The notes below the pieces were generated by a model. That model ran no database searches. It was not told the origin of the DNA and saw only the letters and a list, made by a program, of their open reading frames with translations. Shown here piece after piece: positions 1 to 12,384 of a stretch of 64,000 nucleotides of DNA. The translations under genes were made by a program, and so were the position numbers. This stretch comes from Eledone cirrhosa (taxonomy: Eukaryota). Location: NCBI GenBank assembly GCA_964016885.1, contig OZ024740.1:376092001-376156000 (forward strand), given 5' to 3'. Every line of letters begins with the position of its first letter. Positions within the stretch are counted from its first letter, which is position 1.

Positions 1-1356
1 GTGTCCTTAAATAATTGAGCAACCATTTATTAGTACCTTTGTGCATATCTGTCATAATGTGGTATCTGTCATACTTTCGTCACTTTGGAAAGGCTTGTAT
101 TATATCAATTAATTTCTATGCAATGTAATTCTTAGGCTAACACAGTTCGGTAGCAGCCAGCTGAAACCTGATTAAAAATATATTAAATTTGGGCTTCATA
201 TAGAAACGTGTCAACACTTTTCATACTAAGGTGCGTCTTCAAATGGCACTCGGACACTTTGCAGTCGTTTTACTCATGCTCCTAATTAATTGAAGTCAAG
301 CAAATATTTGAAAAACATACCATTTAATATATATTGCATTTGCCTATATTAAAAATGAGGCTTTGAAGATTTAGTCTATATCAGAATTCTCACATATGAG
401 CAGTGGGAAATATAGTGATTAGATTTGGAAGTTTCTGAGGTATAATCTTTTAATCTGGTAACTATTTTAAACACACAAGCCAAGGCACCTGTTTCTGTTT
501 TATATTTTAAAATAACGATGTTCAGAGTTCAAGCATATTTGAGTTCTCGTACGGTATATGAAGACACTGCCACTATATTTCCGACTGAGCATTTTAATCC
601 CAACTGCTGATAGTATATGTGCAGAATAAATTAGCATGAGTGACTCGACCCTGTTGCAATTGAGAGAAAAAATATTGTTTCACCAAATTTTCTAGAGGCG
701 AAGAGTGAAAGATAAGTGACGCGGGGCAAAGAATTTCTGTGCCACATGTCACTGGAGGAATGACTGAGTGAGTGGGTGAAGGGGGAGGGAGAGAAAAGAA
801 AAAAGAAATGTATATACAGAGAGAGAGAGCTGATAAGCTTTTCCTATTAAAAGACCTAGCTATGTGATGCATTATCTTCGAGTAATGGAAGAGTCATTAT
901 CAGAGCCGAAGAACTCGTTTATTTCAATCGAACAGAAGTATGTTTATATTTGGCATGTAACATATTTGACTCCTTAGTCTCTCTCGTAAAAAAACTGTCA
1001 TTCTTGTGATGAAGTGGGATGAGCTGCAGCTAGGTAGCTAGCTTCAGATTTATGGTCGGATGAGGAGAGAGGCCCCAGTGATGTCACCTTTTTATAGATG
1101 TGAATTATGGACATACAGCATCAGATAGATTAGCCATCAGAAAATACTTATATACGAAATAATCAATATATGGTTATTAAGGTATTAAAATTGAAAAAAA
1201 ACATAATGGATATAATATGAATCACTGTTTATAGATGATTACATTCAGCCACTGATGTTCATATATATAAATGCGCATTCACCAGTTTATCAGCATGTAG
1301 TATTTATGCACACACAAATCACACACACTCATGTACATATATTATAAATATATATA

Positions 1357-2280
1357 CTAGCAGTGGTACCAGGCGTTGCACGGGATAAGGTAATTTGGAA
1401 CTCGGGCCGCCAACAGACATAATCGTAGAAAAACTGCATGCCTGGACAATAGGTAAAGAAAATAAACCGAATACTCTGATCGATGGATAATCTTTAAGAT
1501 TTTCCTCGATGAAACAGGAAAAATGCAGGTTTCCATCTAATACCACCTAGGGGATAGAGAAAATGAATATTTTTATGTGCATAATATGCTTTGAAATTTC
1601 AGGACAATCGGCTAGACGTAACGCCTCCAAAAAGCCCTAAAAGGCTGAAAAAAGAAGCTTTTCACCTAATACGGGCCCTAGGCCATAAACAAAGTTGGAT
1701 TTTCTTTGCTAACGGTATAAAGAAGAGACTGACTAATACAAACTTACAATTTCAAGGAAATTGTTCTGACGTAACGCCTAAAAAAAAAACCTAAAAAGCT
1801 TAAAATACTCAGTGTTTCACCTAATGCGGGCCCTAGGAGATAGATCGAAATGTTGAATTCTTAGGTGCATAATACTCCCTGAAACATAAGTAATACACAT
1901 GTAAAGTTTGAAAAAAGTCGATTGGGTATTTTTCGAGTTTTAGTGATTCAAGCTCACAGACACACACACACACACACACACACACAGATATCCTCAGGGA
2001 AGTGACGTAATGCGGACAATCAGACATACAGACATATTGTAAGGGCGAGACGTTATATGTATGTATCTATCTAAAAAGAGAAAGACTAAGAATGATAGAG
2101 AGAGATCGCTAAATCGCCAAATGCAGTCCCTATGGCATTGACAATTTGAAATTTTACTTGCTCAGAACACTCCCTAAAACATATGTATTACATGTGTAAA
2201 GTTGGGTGGTTCTCGAGCTTTAGGGATTTAAACTAACACACACACACAGACAGACATCCTCAGTTTTATATATGTATATA
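1357..2280 (-). mobile_element. Non-autonomous Helitron
   Basis: On the minus strand the 3' end reads CCCGTGCAACGCCTGG (hairpin)-TACCACTG-CTAG|T at 1357-1384. The 5' end reads TATACATATATAAAACTGAGGATGTCTGTCTG, matching the 5' end of the Helitron at 28842. Internal short repeats (GACGTAACGCCT; TTCACCTAATRCGGGCCCTAGG). The 5' TC is blurred by (TA)n. Confidence 0.7.
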
Positions 2281-2328
2281 TATATATATATATTGTCTGC
2301 CTCTCTGTTTTGTTCCCGTCCAAATTTG

Positions 2329-2374
<46 letters not shown>

Positions 2375-3270
2375 GTGTGTGTGTGTGTGTGTGTGTACGC
2401 GCATACATAAGTGCGCACATGTGTGTATATGTTCATGTATTTACGCACATATATATGTGTGTATGTATGTGTGTGTTTGTGTCTGTTTCTCTGTGTGGAA
2501 TAACGATAACATCATATGACTATTCATTTATTAAATTACTCCATTCTACTATGGTTTCAATGCGGAGACATTACTCAACCACTTTATGTAAGATTTACAA
2601 TTACATACATTGCAATTGTGACTTAAAGACAGCTCATCTCTTTAGAAAAACATAATAGTAATCAACGATAATGGCCAGGGACATAATCTCATAAGAGTAA
2701 CTAAAAGAAAAAAAGAAAAAAAGTAGATGAGAAGCAAAAGTGAGAAATAACAGAATAGCTAAAAGAAAAAAAAGAAAGAAATGGTATATATAAAATAGCC
2801 AAACAAGAAAGAGAGAAAAAAAAGAAAAAAATATAGAAAATAAGTAGTTGAATGCTCAATGAGATTGGCTGGTTAAAATGGTGCCAAGTTAGTACGTGTG
2901 GTTGGATATCATACCGGGTACTCCTATCACGTTCATTCAGTTATCCACAGAGCAACGATACTGTTAGTATACAGATCGTCTACACTTTATTAGAATCTTG
3001 CTATAATGAAAATTGTTTATCGAAGAAATCTTTGTAAGAAACTAATATCATAAAACCAAGACAAAAAAAAGATATACTCTGTACTTAACTACTAATTTAA
3101 CTACTAATTGCTAGATTCATCTAATTGGATACACGTAGATTAGTAACACTATTTAAGTATATTTACCCTTCGTTTCCTTTAGGGGATGGAGGAGTACACT
3201 GTCATTTCATTTCGATCAAGCGCAGGATTTACTCAATGTATTTGTCTATTTTTGTGAGTGAAGTTAAATA

Positions 3271-3311
<41 letters not shown>

Positions 3312-3476
3312 GGGGGGGGTCATTGTTTTTGTGCATGCGTATGTATGTTTAGGATAACCGTAAATAAAGTGTCAAGGAAATCAATGCTCAATATATTGCA
3401 AGAGAGCTTATTTAGTATAAAGGTACATACACTTAACATGAATGTGGGAACATTGGTTTCAATGTACAATTATAAC

Positions 3477-3638
3477 CACCACTGTATAGGAGAAGTGCTT
3501 CTTCTAACCTGGCCTTTCATCGGGGGCTCAGGCAAAACTACCCGAAAGAAACCCAAATAAAGTTGGCTAAAGGGAATCCCTTTTCATATTTTTGTCTGAG
3601 AGGCCAGTTTTGAAGAGGCACCTCCACTATACAGTGGT
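3477..3638. repeat. MITE-like element or hairpin with ~40-bp imperfect terminal inverted repeats
   Basis: ACCACTGTATAGGAGAAGTGCTTCTTCTAACCTGGCCT pairs with AGGCCAGTTTTGAAGAGGCACCTCCACTATACAGTGGT. Confidence 0.5.
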
Positions 3639-3788
3639 TACCATGTTAAACTTTATTTATACTATATATATATATATATATAAGTAAGGAAGTTTCCGTT
3701 GAAAATTGAAAAAGTCATAGGAGTGAAGAGTGCTCTATGTAAGTACCAGCGCAAAATTTAATGTATAATAAACAATACAATATAATTA

Positions 3789-3860
3789 TCTCATTACCAG
3801 AGGTTTTCCGAATAAGACGAATACGAAAAAAAAACGTTCTCATTCGTTTGTCAGACAAGG
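3789..3860 (-). ncRNA. Type I hammerhead ribozyme motif (decayed), 3' pLTR of Naiad-like A
   Basis: CCTTGT-CTGACAA-stem II (CGAATGAGAACG/CGTCTTATTCG)-GAAAACC-TCT-GG-TA-ATGAG; G8 changed to A. Confidence 0.7.
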
Positions 3861-4501
3861 CAATATAAAACATAGTGAAATAATTGGAAAGTCTCCTCAA
3901 GAAATGCAAAAATATATATAAATAAAAGTAATGCAAGAGATATATAAAATATATAAAAAATATAAGGAAATATAGTTAGATGTGTGTATATGTATGTATA
4001 TACACTCACAAATATACATGTGTATGTACAAATGCATGTGTATGGTGAAAATGTGTGCGTAAGTACATATATGAGGGCAAGTATATTTGTGTATATGTGA
4101 CCACAAATACGGATATAATATGAGTTGAAAGAGAAAATGATAATATAGTTGACACGCATCCAGATACAGGTGTTAGATACACTTACGAGTATGAAAGCAC
4201 GCGTATAAACACGCACACACGCGAGGTCACTTATATGCGGAAGATAAAGAGGGAAGGGAGTGTAATAGTTAAAAGAAAGTGTCATTCTCGATATATGTAT
4301 CAAAATGAAACAATATATAAGAATGAAAACATGTTTAAATGAAAGAGAAAATAGTCAAATAACACTAGAGAAAATAAAACAAACATAGGTACGCACGTAC
4401 ATACACATATATCTATAAAAAACATATAACTATAAAAAAAATATTTATACACGCAATACGTACAGACAAAAGCGCATGCATGCGTACATACATACACACG
4501 A

Positions 4502-4597
<96 letters not shown>

Positions 4598-5319
4598 TAT
4601 ATATCGCCCCATGTGTATCTAATCACACGTACGTACGCGACTATATATATATATATATACATATATACACATACACATACACGCCCATACATACATATAC
4701 ATATATACACACATACACACATACACATTCACGTACATTCACCCGCTTACACGTACACACATAAAAATAAGAGTGTCAAAAATATAGATGTAAAAAACAT
4801 AGTTATAAAAACACACATACACCCGCTTACACGTACACACATAAAATAAGGGTGTAAAAAACATAGATATAAAAACATACATACACACACATATATATAC
4901 ACGCACGCACGAGCACATTCCGAGGCGTTCGTGTACATATACAGAACTTATACACACGTAAAGACACTCAGACACATAGATACAGAGTATAAAGCAGCCT
5001 TATGAATAAATGATTACAAATATAAAATCGGCTGCGAAACAACAGAATATATCTGGGGTGGAAAACGCAAGTGACTAATGTAATTAGGTAGTAAAGAAAA
5101 TAGGGAAGTAAAATGTAGAATGTGAAGATATTAGGTACGTGAATCGAAGAGTAGGGGGAGGGGGGTTACTGGTGGATGTGAAGTAAAAAGGAAAATAAAA
5201 GTAAAATTGAAAATAAAGTTAAAAATGAAAGTTAATCAGAAGCAGAAGTCTGTAAAGCGAATAATTTAAGGAAAGTGAAGAATAAGAGCTTATGGAGGAT
5301 AAGTATCTGAAAGTGAGTT

Positions 5320-7278
5320 AAGTTTATATGAGCTGGAAAGCAACTGTGATTTCATGTGTGGGCAACTGGTGAAAATATCTGTTTTTTGTATTTAGGCAGG
5401 TTTTTGGTGATTTAAGGTTTTGAAAATCCAATATTTTTCACTTATGCAGAGTGTGCATCTTCTTGCTCCTCTTGCATATTCTTTAGATTGGTTCAAAATT
5501 GACCAATCCAATTTATATTGGATACCTTGGTCTTTCAAATCCCATATTCTGCTAGCCAGAGCTGTTGTGAATCTTTTATCTGGATGCCGGAAAGTTCCGA
5601 CATGTGAGTAATAACGCGTTTTGAATTTGTCTTGTGTCATACGCACATATCGTTTGCTGGTGGCTGGTTGGTTGTTGCTGATGGTTGTCACTTTAGCCGC
5701 ATATACAATGGCTTTGGTGTTGCATTTACCTTGTAATGGGCATTCACCTTTGACTCTACAGGAGCAATGTTGATGTTCTCTGGGTGATTTCTTATTGATG
5801 ATAACAGATTTAATAGGGGGACGGCAGGAGTAGCTAATTTTGACACAGTTTCTATTAAAGATCTTATAGTATACATGTGTTCTAGGGAAATGTTTATCTA
5901 AGAGCTCCAGGAATTGTTTGCCTACATTATTTTTAACTGCTAGAGAGTAGGGGTGTGAACCAGATTATTTTTCTTTTCCTATTTTTATGTTTAAGAGTTA
6001 GTATAGTTTGGTATGTACTTAATCGGTTCGCTAAATCCGCTATTTTGAAGGGCTTTATTATAGTAGGGGGATGCCTTATTGAAAATAGCTTCTGAGGAAG
6101 AGAGGGTGGAGATCCTACGGCTATTATTAGGGATAAGGTTTTTAAAAACTATAGGAGGATAGCAAGAGGCTTTATTTATATATTTTAAATTGTTATTAGG
6201 TTTATGGTATGGTTTATAAGAAGCAGTAGGCAAATCTAGGTTTATATCTAGAAAATTAATAATTGGAAAGGTTAGTGTCAATAGTAATTTTAAGATTAAA
6301 ACTAGCAAAGGTTTTTATTAACTCTTTCCTTAATCTATCTAAGTTATGGCCTATGGTTGTATGGGAAAGTATTAGACCATCGTCGCGATAAAGCCCCAAA
6401 ATATGGTTAGGGAATTTTTCTTTAAGTGTGTGTAGGAGGAATAAGCCGACTAAATCACAAACATCAGCACTGTCAAAAGAGCCCATTGAGACATCGAATG
6501 GGCTCTCTTGGTTAGATATGTTTACCCAAGTGTCATTATCAGTAAAGAGTAGAGTGTTTCTAGCGTGCAAGATGACATTCTCTTCAATATCAGAGATATT
6601 GGTAAACTTTCTAGCGAAATTTAAAGCTTTCGCTAAAAGAGTCTGAGTGATAGACGGGTAGAAATCTACAATGTCAAATTGGGTGAATCTAGAACTATTT
6701 TTATCTTTAATTTTATTAAACCAATGTACTACGGAAGAGCTATTTATCCATTGGAGTAATTTAGACTTATTTCTAATGTGTGTGTTTATATTATTTAACA
6801 TTTTTTTGCTTGCAAGACCAATATCAGTCTTAGCAGGGTTGATTAATCTACAACTAGGACGATTAATAAAGTCAGGTTTGTGATCTTTAAGGGTGATATA
6901 TGCATTACGTTTAGCAAGTTTTTGTGTCCTATTATCTATTTTTAAAGAACTAGCTAATTCTTTAGCTTCCTTATTTATATTATGATACGTGTTTATATTA
7001 GCTATTTGGTATTTAGAGGTGATGTTATCTATTAATAGTTGGTCGTGTAAATTATTATTAACTTCGTATAAGTTTTTAGTTTGTCGGAGAAAATGAACTT
7101 ATTTTTAGAAGATTTGAATATAGAAATATCATTAGATAGTTTAGATTGAAAAGGGTTAGAGTACTTACGAAAATTGATATTGTTGATTAGATTAACTAAG
7201 TCTAGATCAAAAGTGGTCATATCTTTTACTCTTTGCGGGTATTTATGAGTTTTTATGTCAAAATGTTCCGTAGAATAC
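5320..7278 (-). pseudogene. Frameshifted PLE RT-GIY-YIG polyprotein (Naiad-like A)
   Basis: QFDIVDFYPSI, FDVSMGSFDSADVCDLVG, GLYRDDGL, NFLDINLDL, YKPYHKPN, CSC-x-CPL-x-C knuckle, RCTLCISEK. Confidence 0.92.
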
Positions 7279-7650
7279 GAAAATGCTGATAGACAAAGTA
7301 GAGAAGGTTGTTAAAAGAATGAGATGGAAAGCTCTGATTCTCGATGGACAATTTAACACGGATTCTACGGAACATTTATCAACTCATATTATATCCGTAT
7401 TTGTGGTCACATATACACAAATATACTTGCCCTCATATATGTACTTACGCACACATTTTCACCATACACATGCATTTTTTCATACATACATATGTATATT
7501 TGTGAGTGTATATACATACATATACACACATCTAACTATATTTCCTTATATTTTTTATATATTTTATATATCTCTTGCATTACTTTTATTTATATATTTT
7601 TTTGCATTTCTTAAGGAGACTTTCCAAATATTTCACTATGTTTTATATTA

Positions 7651-7720
7651 CCTTGTCCGACGAACGAATGAGGACGTTTTTTTCGTATTCGTCTTATTCG
7701 GGAAACCTCTGGTAATGAGG
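7651..7720 (+). ncRNA. Type I hammerhead ribozyme motif (decayed), inverted pLTR of Naiad-like A
   Basis: Stem I CCTTGT/ATGAGG; core CCGACGA (U4C); stem II CGAATGAGGACG/CGTCTTATTCG; GAAA-CC-TCT-GG-TA. Confidence 0.72.
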
Positions 7721-7746
7721 TAATTATATTGTATTGTTTATTATAC

Positions 7747-7808
<62 letters not shown>

Positions 7809-7812
<4 letters not shown>

Positions 7813-8375
7813 TTGTAATATAATGAAACGAAATTTCATTTCTCACTCTTTTACGACACTTACTTAAATGTAAGTATGTATGTATACGTACATACATATA
7901 TGTATACAGACGTACAGTAGCATGCATATATATATATATATATACATACAGGTACACATATATATATGTACGTATCAGTTTAGCGGACGTTTATTATAAC
8001 GCCCGCTTTGTCCGTTTGTAAACAAACAGACAGCCTCATTTATGCCGTACGTGTTAAGGCAACCACGTCACCTTTTTGTAAAAAACTGACACTGGAACGA
8101 TGTACTAGTTTCCAGCTTCTTAGCTATCATCAGCACCGTATACCCTTCTGCCAGATAGTTGAACGTTCGAAAGTATATACTTTCCTTATGAAAATTAGCG
8201 GCTGAGAAGCCTAATTTTTAATAACGAGTGAGTTCAGTCGGCCAGGCGTACCGAAAACGATAAGTTGTAATATAATGAAACGAAAGTTCATTTCTCACTC
8301 TTAGTACGGCACTTACTTAAATGTAAGTATGTATGTATACGTACATACATATATGTATACAGACGTACAGTAGCA

Positions 8376-8466
<91 letters not shown>

Positions 8467-8614
8467 GCAGGTACACATATATATATGTACGTATCAGTTT
8501 AGCGGACGTTTATTATAACGCCCGCTTTGTATGTATATATATATATATATATATATATGCATGCTACTGTACGTCTGTATACATTTATGTATGTACGTAT
8601 ACATACATACTTAC

Positions 8615-8615
<1 letters not shown>
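7809..8615 (-). mobile_element. Non-coding 452-bp tandem unit (~1.5 copies plus short inverted piece) carrying an HHR; retrozyme-like or PLE pLTR-like
   Basis: TAAGTTGTAATATAATGAAACGAAA starts at 7809 and 8261. Inverted fragment at ~8557-8615. Bounded by (TA)n. Confidence 0.7.
8097..8139 (-). ncRNA. Intact minimal type I hammerhead ribozyme
   Basis: ACGGTG-CTGATGA-TAGCT-AAGA-AGCTG-GAAA-CTAG-TA-CATCGT: complete core, stems I and II, palindromic CTAG helix III, GUA cleavage site. Confidence 0.88.
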
Positions 8616-8665
<50 letters not shown>

Positions 8666-8681
8666 CTGTATATACATATAC

Positions 8682-8791
<110 letters not shown>

Positions 8792-8802
8792 CTGTATATG
8801 TG

Positions 8803-8884
<82 letters not shown>

Positions 8885-9922
8885 AGAGTAATAGGAACGA
8901 GTAGGACCCAGGTTAATACACTTAACATGAATGTGCGAACATTGGTTTCAATGTACAATTATAACCACCACGTTGCCATAATAAGGATTATATATATATA
9001 TAATCCTTATAATGGCGACGTGGTGAGGATATAGCACTGTATAGATATTTAATGCAGAAATGGCTTCTACAGGACTAGAAATTTTCATTCGGAGGAAATC
9101 ATCAGGAAGTGTATGGGGGAGGGGGTAGTGTGTATGATGTATGTGCGTATGCATGCATACATACATAGTTATACTCATGTTTAGTTACTAAATTAGTTGT
9201 TTCTTTTGATGGCCCGGTCGCAAGAACATTTGCCTTAGCAAATATATTACATTTTACTCTTGTGTTTCTACACATTTATATTACTCCTGTATACGCTGTT
9301 ACCGAGAAATATCGATATATCGCTTGTTGAGCCGTTATGTAAAACTATGTTAGGTTTGACAAGTTAGATTGTGTTACAACTTCGATAGGCGAAGTAGTAT
9401 GGGAAAGGGTGGTGCAAAATCGCAACTATTTCGCCTTGCTTTTATTTCTTGTCATAATGTTAAATCGGACATTTCACCAGATGTCTTGCCACAGTTCTAT
9501 AAACAACGTTGATTCAAACGAAGTGCAAGCAAAACTAGCAGTAGAAGAAACAAACATAATAATCTAGTAGATATATACAGTTTGACATACTCGTTTGTTT
9601 GTCAATTTAAATTCCATCATTTTGATGTAGACTTTTATATATTCCATTACAGTTATGACAGGAACCTTGAACATACTGCAGAATAGGACTTTTCAAATTA
9701 GGTTTTTTCACGTGTATGAACACAAACGTGCACTCAAGCTCATACACTCAGACACTCACAACGCGCACACACACACACAACATGTATATACTAGTAGAAT
9801 TGATGAATGTGAACATGAGTATTTGATACTATATTCCACATAAAATATTCTTTGTATGGCTAAGTTTCATCTGTCTACTCATAGATTCATCTGTCAGATC
9901 CTCCTGTAAGAAAACAGATTCA

Positions 9923-10020
9923 ATTCCAGAGAATGATCCTCACCACGTTGCCATAATAAGGATTATATATATATATATAATCCTTATTATGGCGACGTGG
10001 TGAGGATCATTCTCTGGAAT
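9923..10020. repeat. Near-perfect palindrome centred on (TA)n; shorter copy at ~8966-9030
   Basis: ATTCCAGAGAATGATCCTCACCACGTTGCCATAATAAGGAT-(TA)n-ATCCTTATTATGGCGACGTGGTGAGGATCATTCTCTGGAAT. Confidence 0.85.
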
Positions 10021-10201
10021 AGATATATATGTGTGTGGGGGGTGCGCGTGTGTGTGATGTGTATGTGGGGGGGGGGGGGGGGGTATGCGTCCGTGTGTGT
10101 GTGTGGGTGTGTATGTAAAAGGTTAACAGAAATAACAACACAATCGGTACAGTATATGGAAGGAATATATTAAGTTAACACCTGAAATAGCAGGAAGAGG
10201 G

Positions 10202-10237
10202 TCTTCACGTTTAGGACGCTATTCCTTCATCAGAAGA
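10202..10237 (-). ncRNA. Degenerate minimal hammerhead motif
   Basis: TCTT-CTGATGA-AGGA-ATAGCG-TCC-TAAA-CG-TG-AAGA; GAAA and cleavage site mutated. Confidence 0.5.
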
Positions 10238-10399
10238 AAGAATGAGAAATTAGATAGATTGAAGGGACGAGCGGGGTGGAATTGGAAAAAATGTATTTAG
10301 ATAATATATATATATATGAATAATATTAATAAATGGAAGCTATCTTTATAAAACCATATTTGTTTAATTATATATATTTAATAGATCGGACAAAAAATT

Positions 10400-10620
10400 C
10401 TCAACATCACTTTCACATTTAATTTGGTCCTTGAAAGACAATAATATTGACCAGACGATCTCTTGGAGAACGATTTCGAAAGCGCCTGTATACGAGAATA
10501 TGGCTCTCTCAAGAATTTGTCATCTCTGTATTGAAGACATTTTTCACATAATTACCAATCAAAAGAATGCTATTATCAAAAAGAAAGAATTATTTAACTC
10601 TTGTTCGACAGTTTAAGACT
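10400..10620 (+). pseudogene. PLE GIY-YIG endonuclease C-terminal fragment (Naiad-like)
   Basis: TSLSHLIWSLKDNNIDQTISWRTISKA...RICHLCIED, homologous to 25362-25600. Confidence 0.75.
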
Positions 10621-11576
10621 TTTAGAAGTATCTATAATCTGTAGAAAATATTATATATAGCCTAAATATCCTGCCCAATTAAATTTTATATGTCTTCGAT
10701 GTTCTTTATGGTGTGTTTTTTGTGATGTTTTTAATAATATTTTTGAAGGTATTTTTTATGTTTGTTGAATTTTCTTTTCTAATAGGCTTCATAGGTTTTT
10801 TTTGTTTCTAATAGGCTTTATATGTATTTTTTTTTCTAATAGGCTTTATGGGAATTTTAAATCCATACATACAAATACGTAATGTCATCAAATTTATGCA
10901 TAGGTATAAGTAATGTTATCGAAATATATACATAAAGTTTTGATATTAGAACATATGTAATATATGATACTCTAAAATCCTATATTAAAATAATTTTTAC
11001 ATATACTACAATTGGAATATAATTTGAAAGTAAATTTGACACTAAACGATAAATATAACTATAACTTAACGAAGTAAAATTAGAGTTATCTTTTCCTTTG
11101 TAAAGAAACAGGTTTACATCTAATATCTACATACATTTAAACTTTGCATGAATATTAACATTTCGTAAATTTATTTCTATCTTGATGCAAATATAGAATA
11201 TACAATATAATATATATATTCTATCTAAGATAGAACTACTTCCATATTCATAAGCCATATATTGAAAATGTAAACATATCTGCCCCCAACATATAAATAT
11301 TTCTTTTGAATTTACGAGATCTCATATAAAGTAACGTCGACGATCTTATTGCTTGAAACACGAACAACACATAGACCGTGTCTATATGACGTATGCAGTG
11401 ATCGGCTTGGAAACCTTCGGTAATAAACAACTGTGTTGGGAAACATTAATAAAGATATTTTAATGTTGTACATATCATAAAGTGGTATTTTTCCTTTGTC
11501 TATACTTAAGAAACCCTTAAGGCTATACGTATGTACACACACATAAACACATACGCACATAAGCACACACACACAC

Positions 11577-11628
<52 letters not shown>

Positions 11629-11634
11629 TTATAT

Positions 11635-12105
11635 GAAAAGATTCAGGAACCCCACGGCTGAGCTGCGGCCGTTTCAACAGCTAAATCCGAACTAAGACAC
11701 CAGTATTAGAACTCGTGAGCATCTGACCGGCTTGGCATTTTCAGGTCAGTTAGTCTTCTAACACCTTCTTCCTTGTATTTCGGCCTGTATAGACCACGGC
11801 CGCCAAAAAGATAATAAACTATATACATGACATTTAGCAGTACTAAACGTGCCATTTGATCTGGGAGACCCCCCCCCCCCATAAATCCCGGGTAAAAACA
11901 AGAATAACAACAAACTTTTAAGATTTCTTGCTTTTTGCTTTTACTGCGTGCCCATATATGGACTGTGCCCCTTCATAATTTCAGATAGATTTCAGCCGTT
12001 GGTGGCTTAGTTCGGATCTAGATGTCCACCCCACTGTACTACCACAAGTATCGAGTACTCTGGTGCGTTATAGTTCACCTGCTATTTCACCACACCCTCT
12101 CTGTT
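11635..12105 (+). mobile_element. Family X non-coding pLTR-like fragment with inverted piece
   Basis: Homologous to 28360-28830 and 20155-20385 (GCCCATATATGGACTG; GGCTTAGTTCGGATCTAG; AAGTATCGAGTACTCTGGTGCGTT). Confidence 0.7.
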
Positions 12106-12118
12106 TTATATATATATT

Positions 12119-12192
<74 letters not shown>

Positions 12193-12210
12193 AACACATA
12201 TATATAGTCT

Positions 12211-12252
12211 AACAAAGTTCTTTCGTTGCACATCTGCAACATCGTCAGTGGT
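12211..12252 (-). ncRNA. Type I hammerhead motif related to the 14890 motif
   Basis: CA-CTGACGA-T-GTTGCA-GATG-TGCAAC-GAAA-GAAC-TT-TG. Confidence 0.72.
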
Positions 12253-12384
12253 GCTATTATGTTTCCTCCTGTTGTATTGTATGTCTACGCCATATTTATT
12301 TAATCTGTGTGTTCTGTTATTAATTCTGGCAATATTATTACAACAATATGACCCTCCCCATGTATGACAATATATATATATATA

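Larger units (their letters stand above)
3682..7750 (-). mobile_element. Penelope-like element, Naiad-like family A, with 5' inversion and inverted pLTR
   Basis: RT/EN fragments on the minus strand. The 3' segment 3758-4126 is repeated inverted at ~7378-7750. The N-terminal piece LIDKVEKVVKRMRWKA is flipped to the plus strand at 7283-7376. (TA)n on both sides. Confidence 0.9.

Noticed and set aside
696-767. Candidate host exon (TTTTCTAG ... GTGAGT)
   Set aside because: Stop codons in all three plus-strand frames and no recognisable product; could only be non-coding.
9069-9110. CTGATGA motif shared with 44601-44641 as an active hammerhead
   Set aside because: Stem I could not be formed and one copy lacks GAAA; kept only as part of a repeat remnant.
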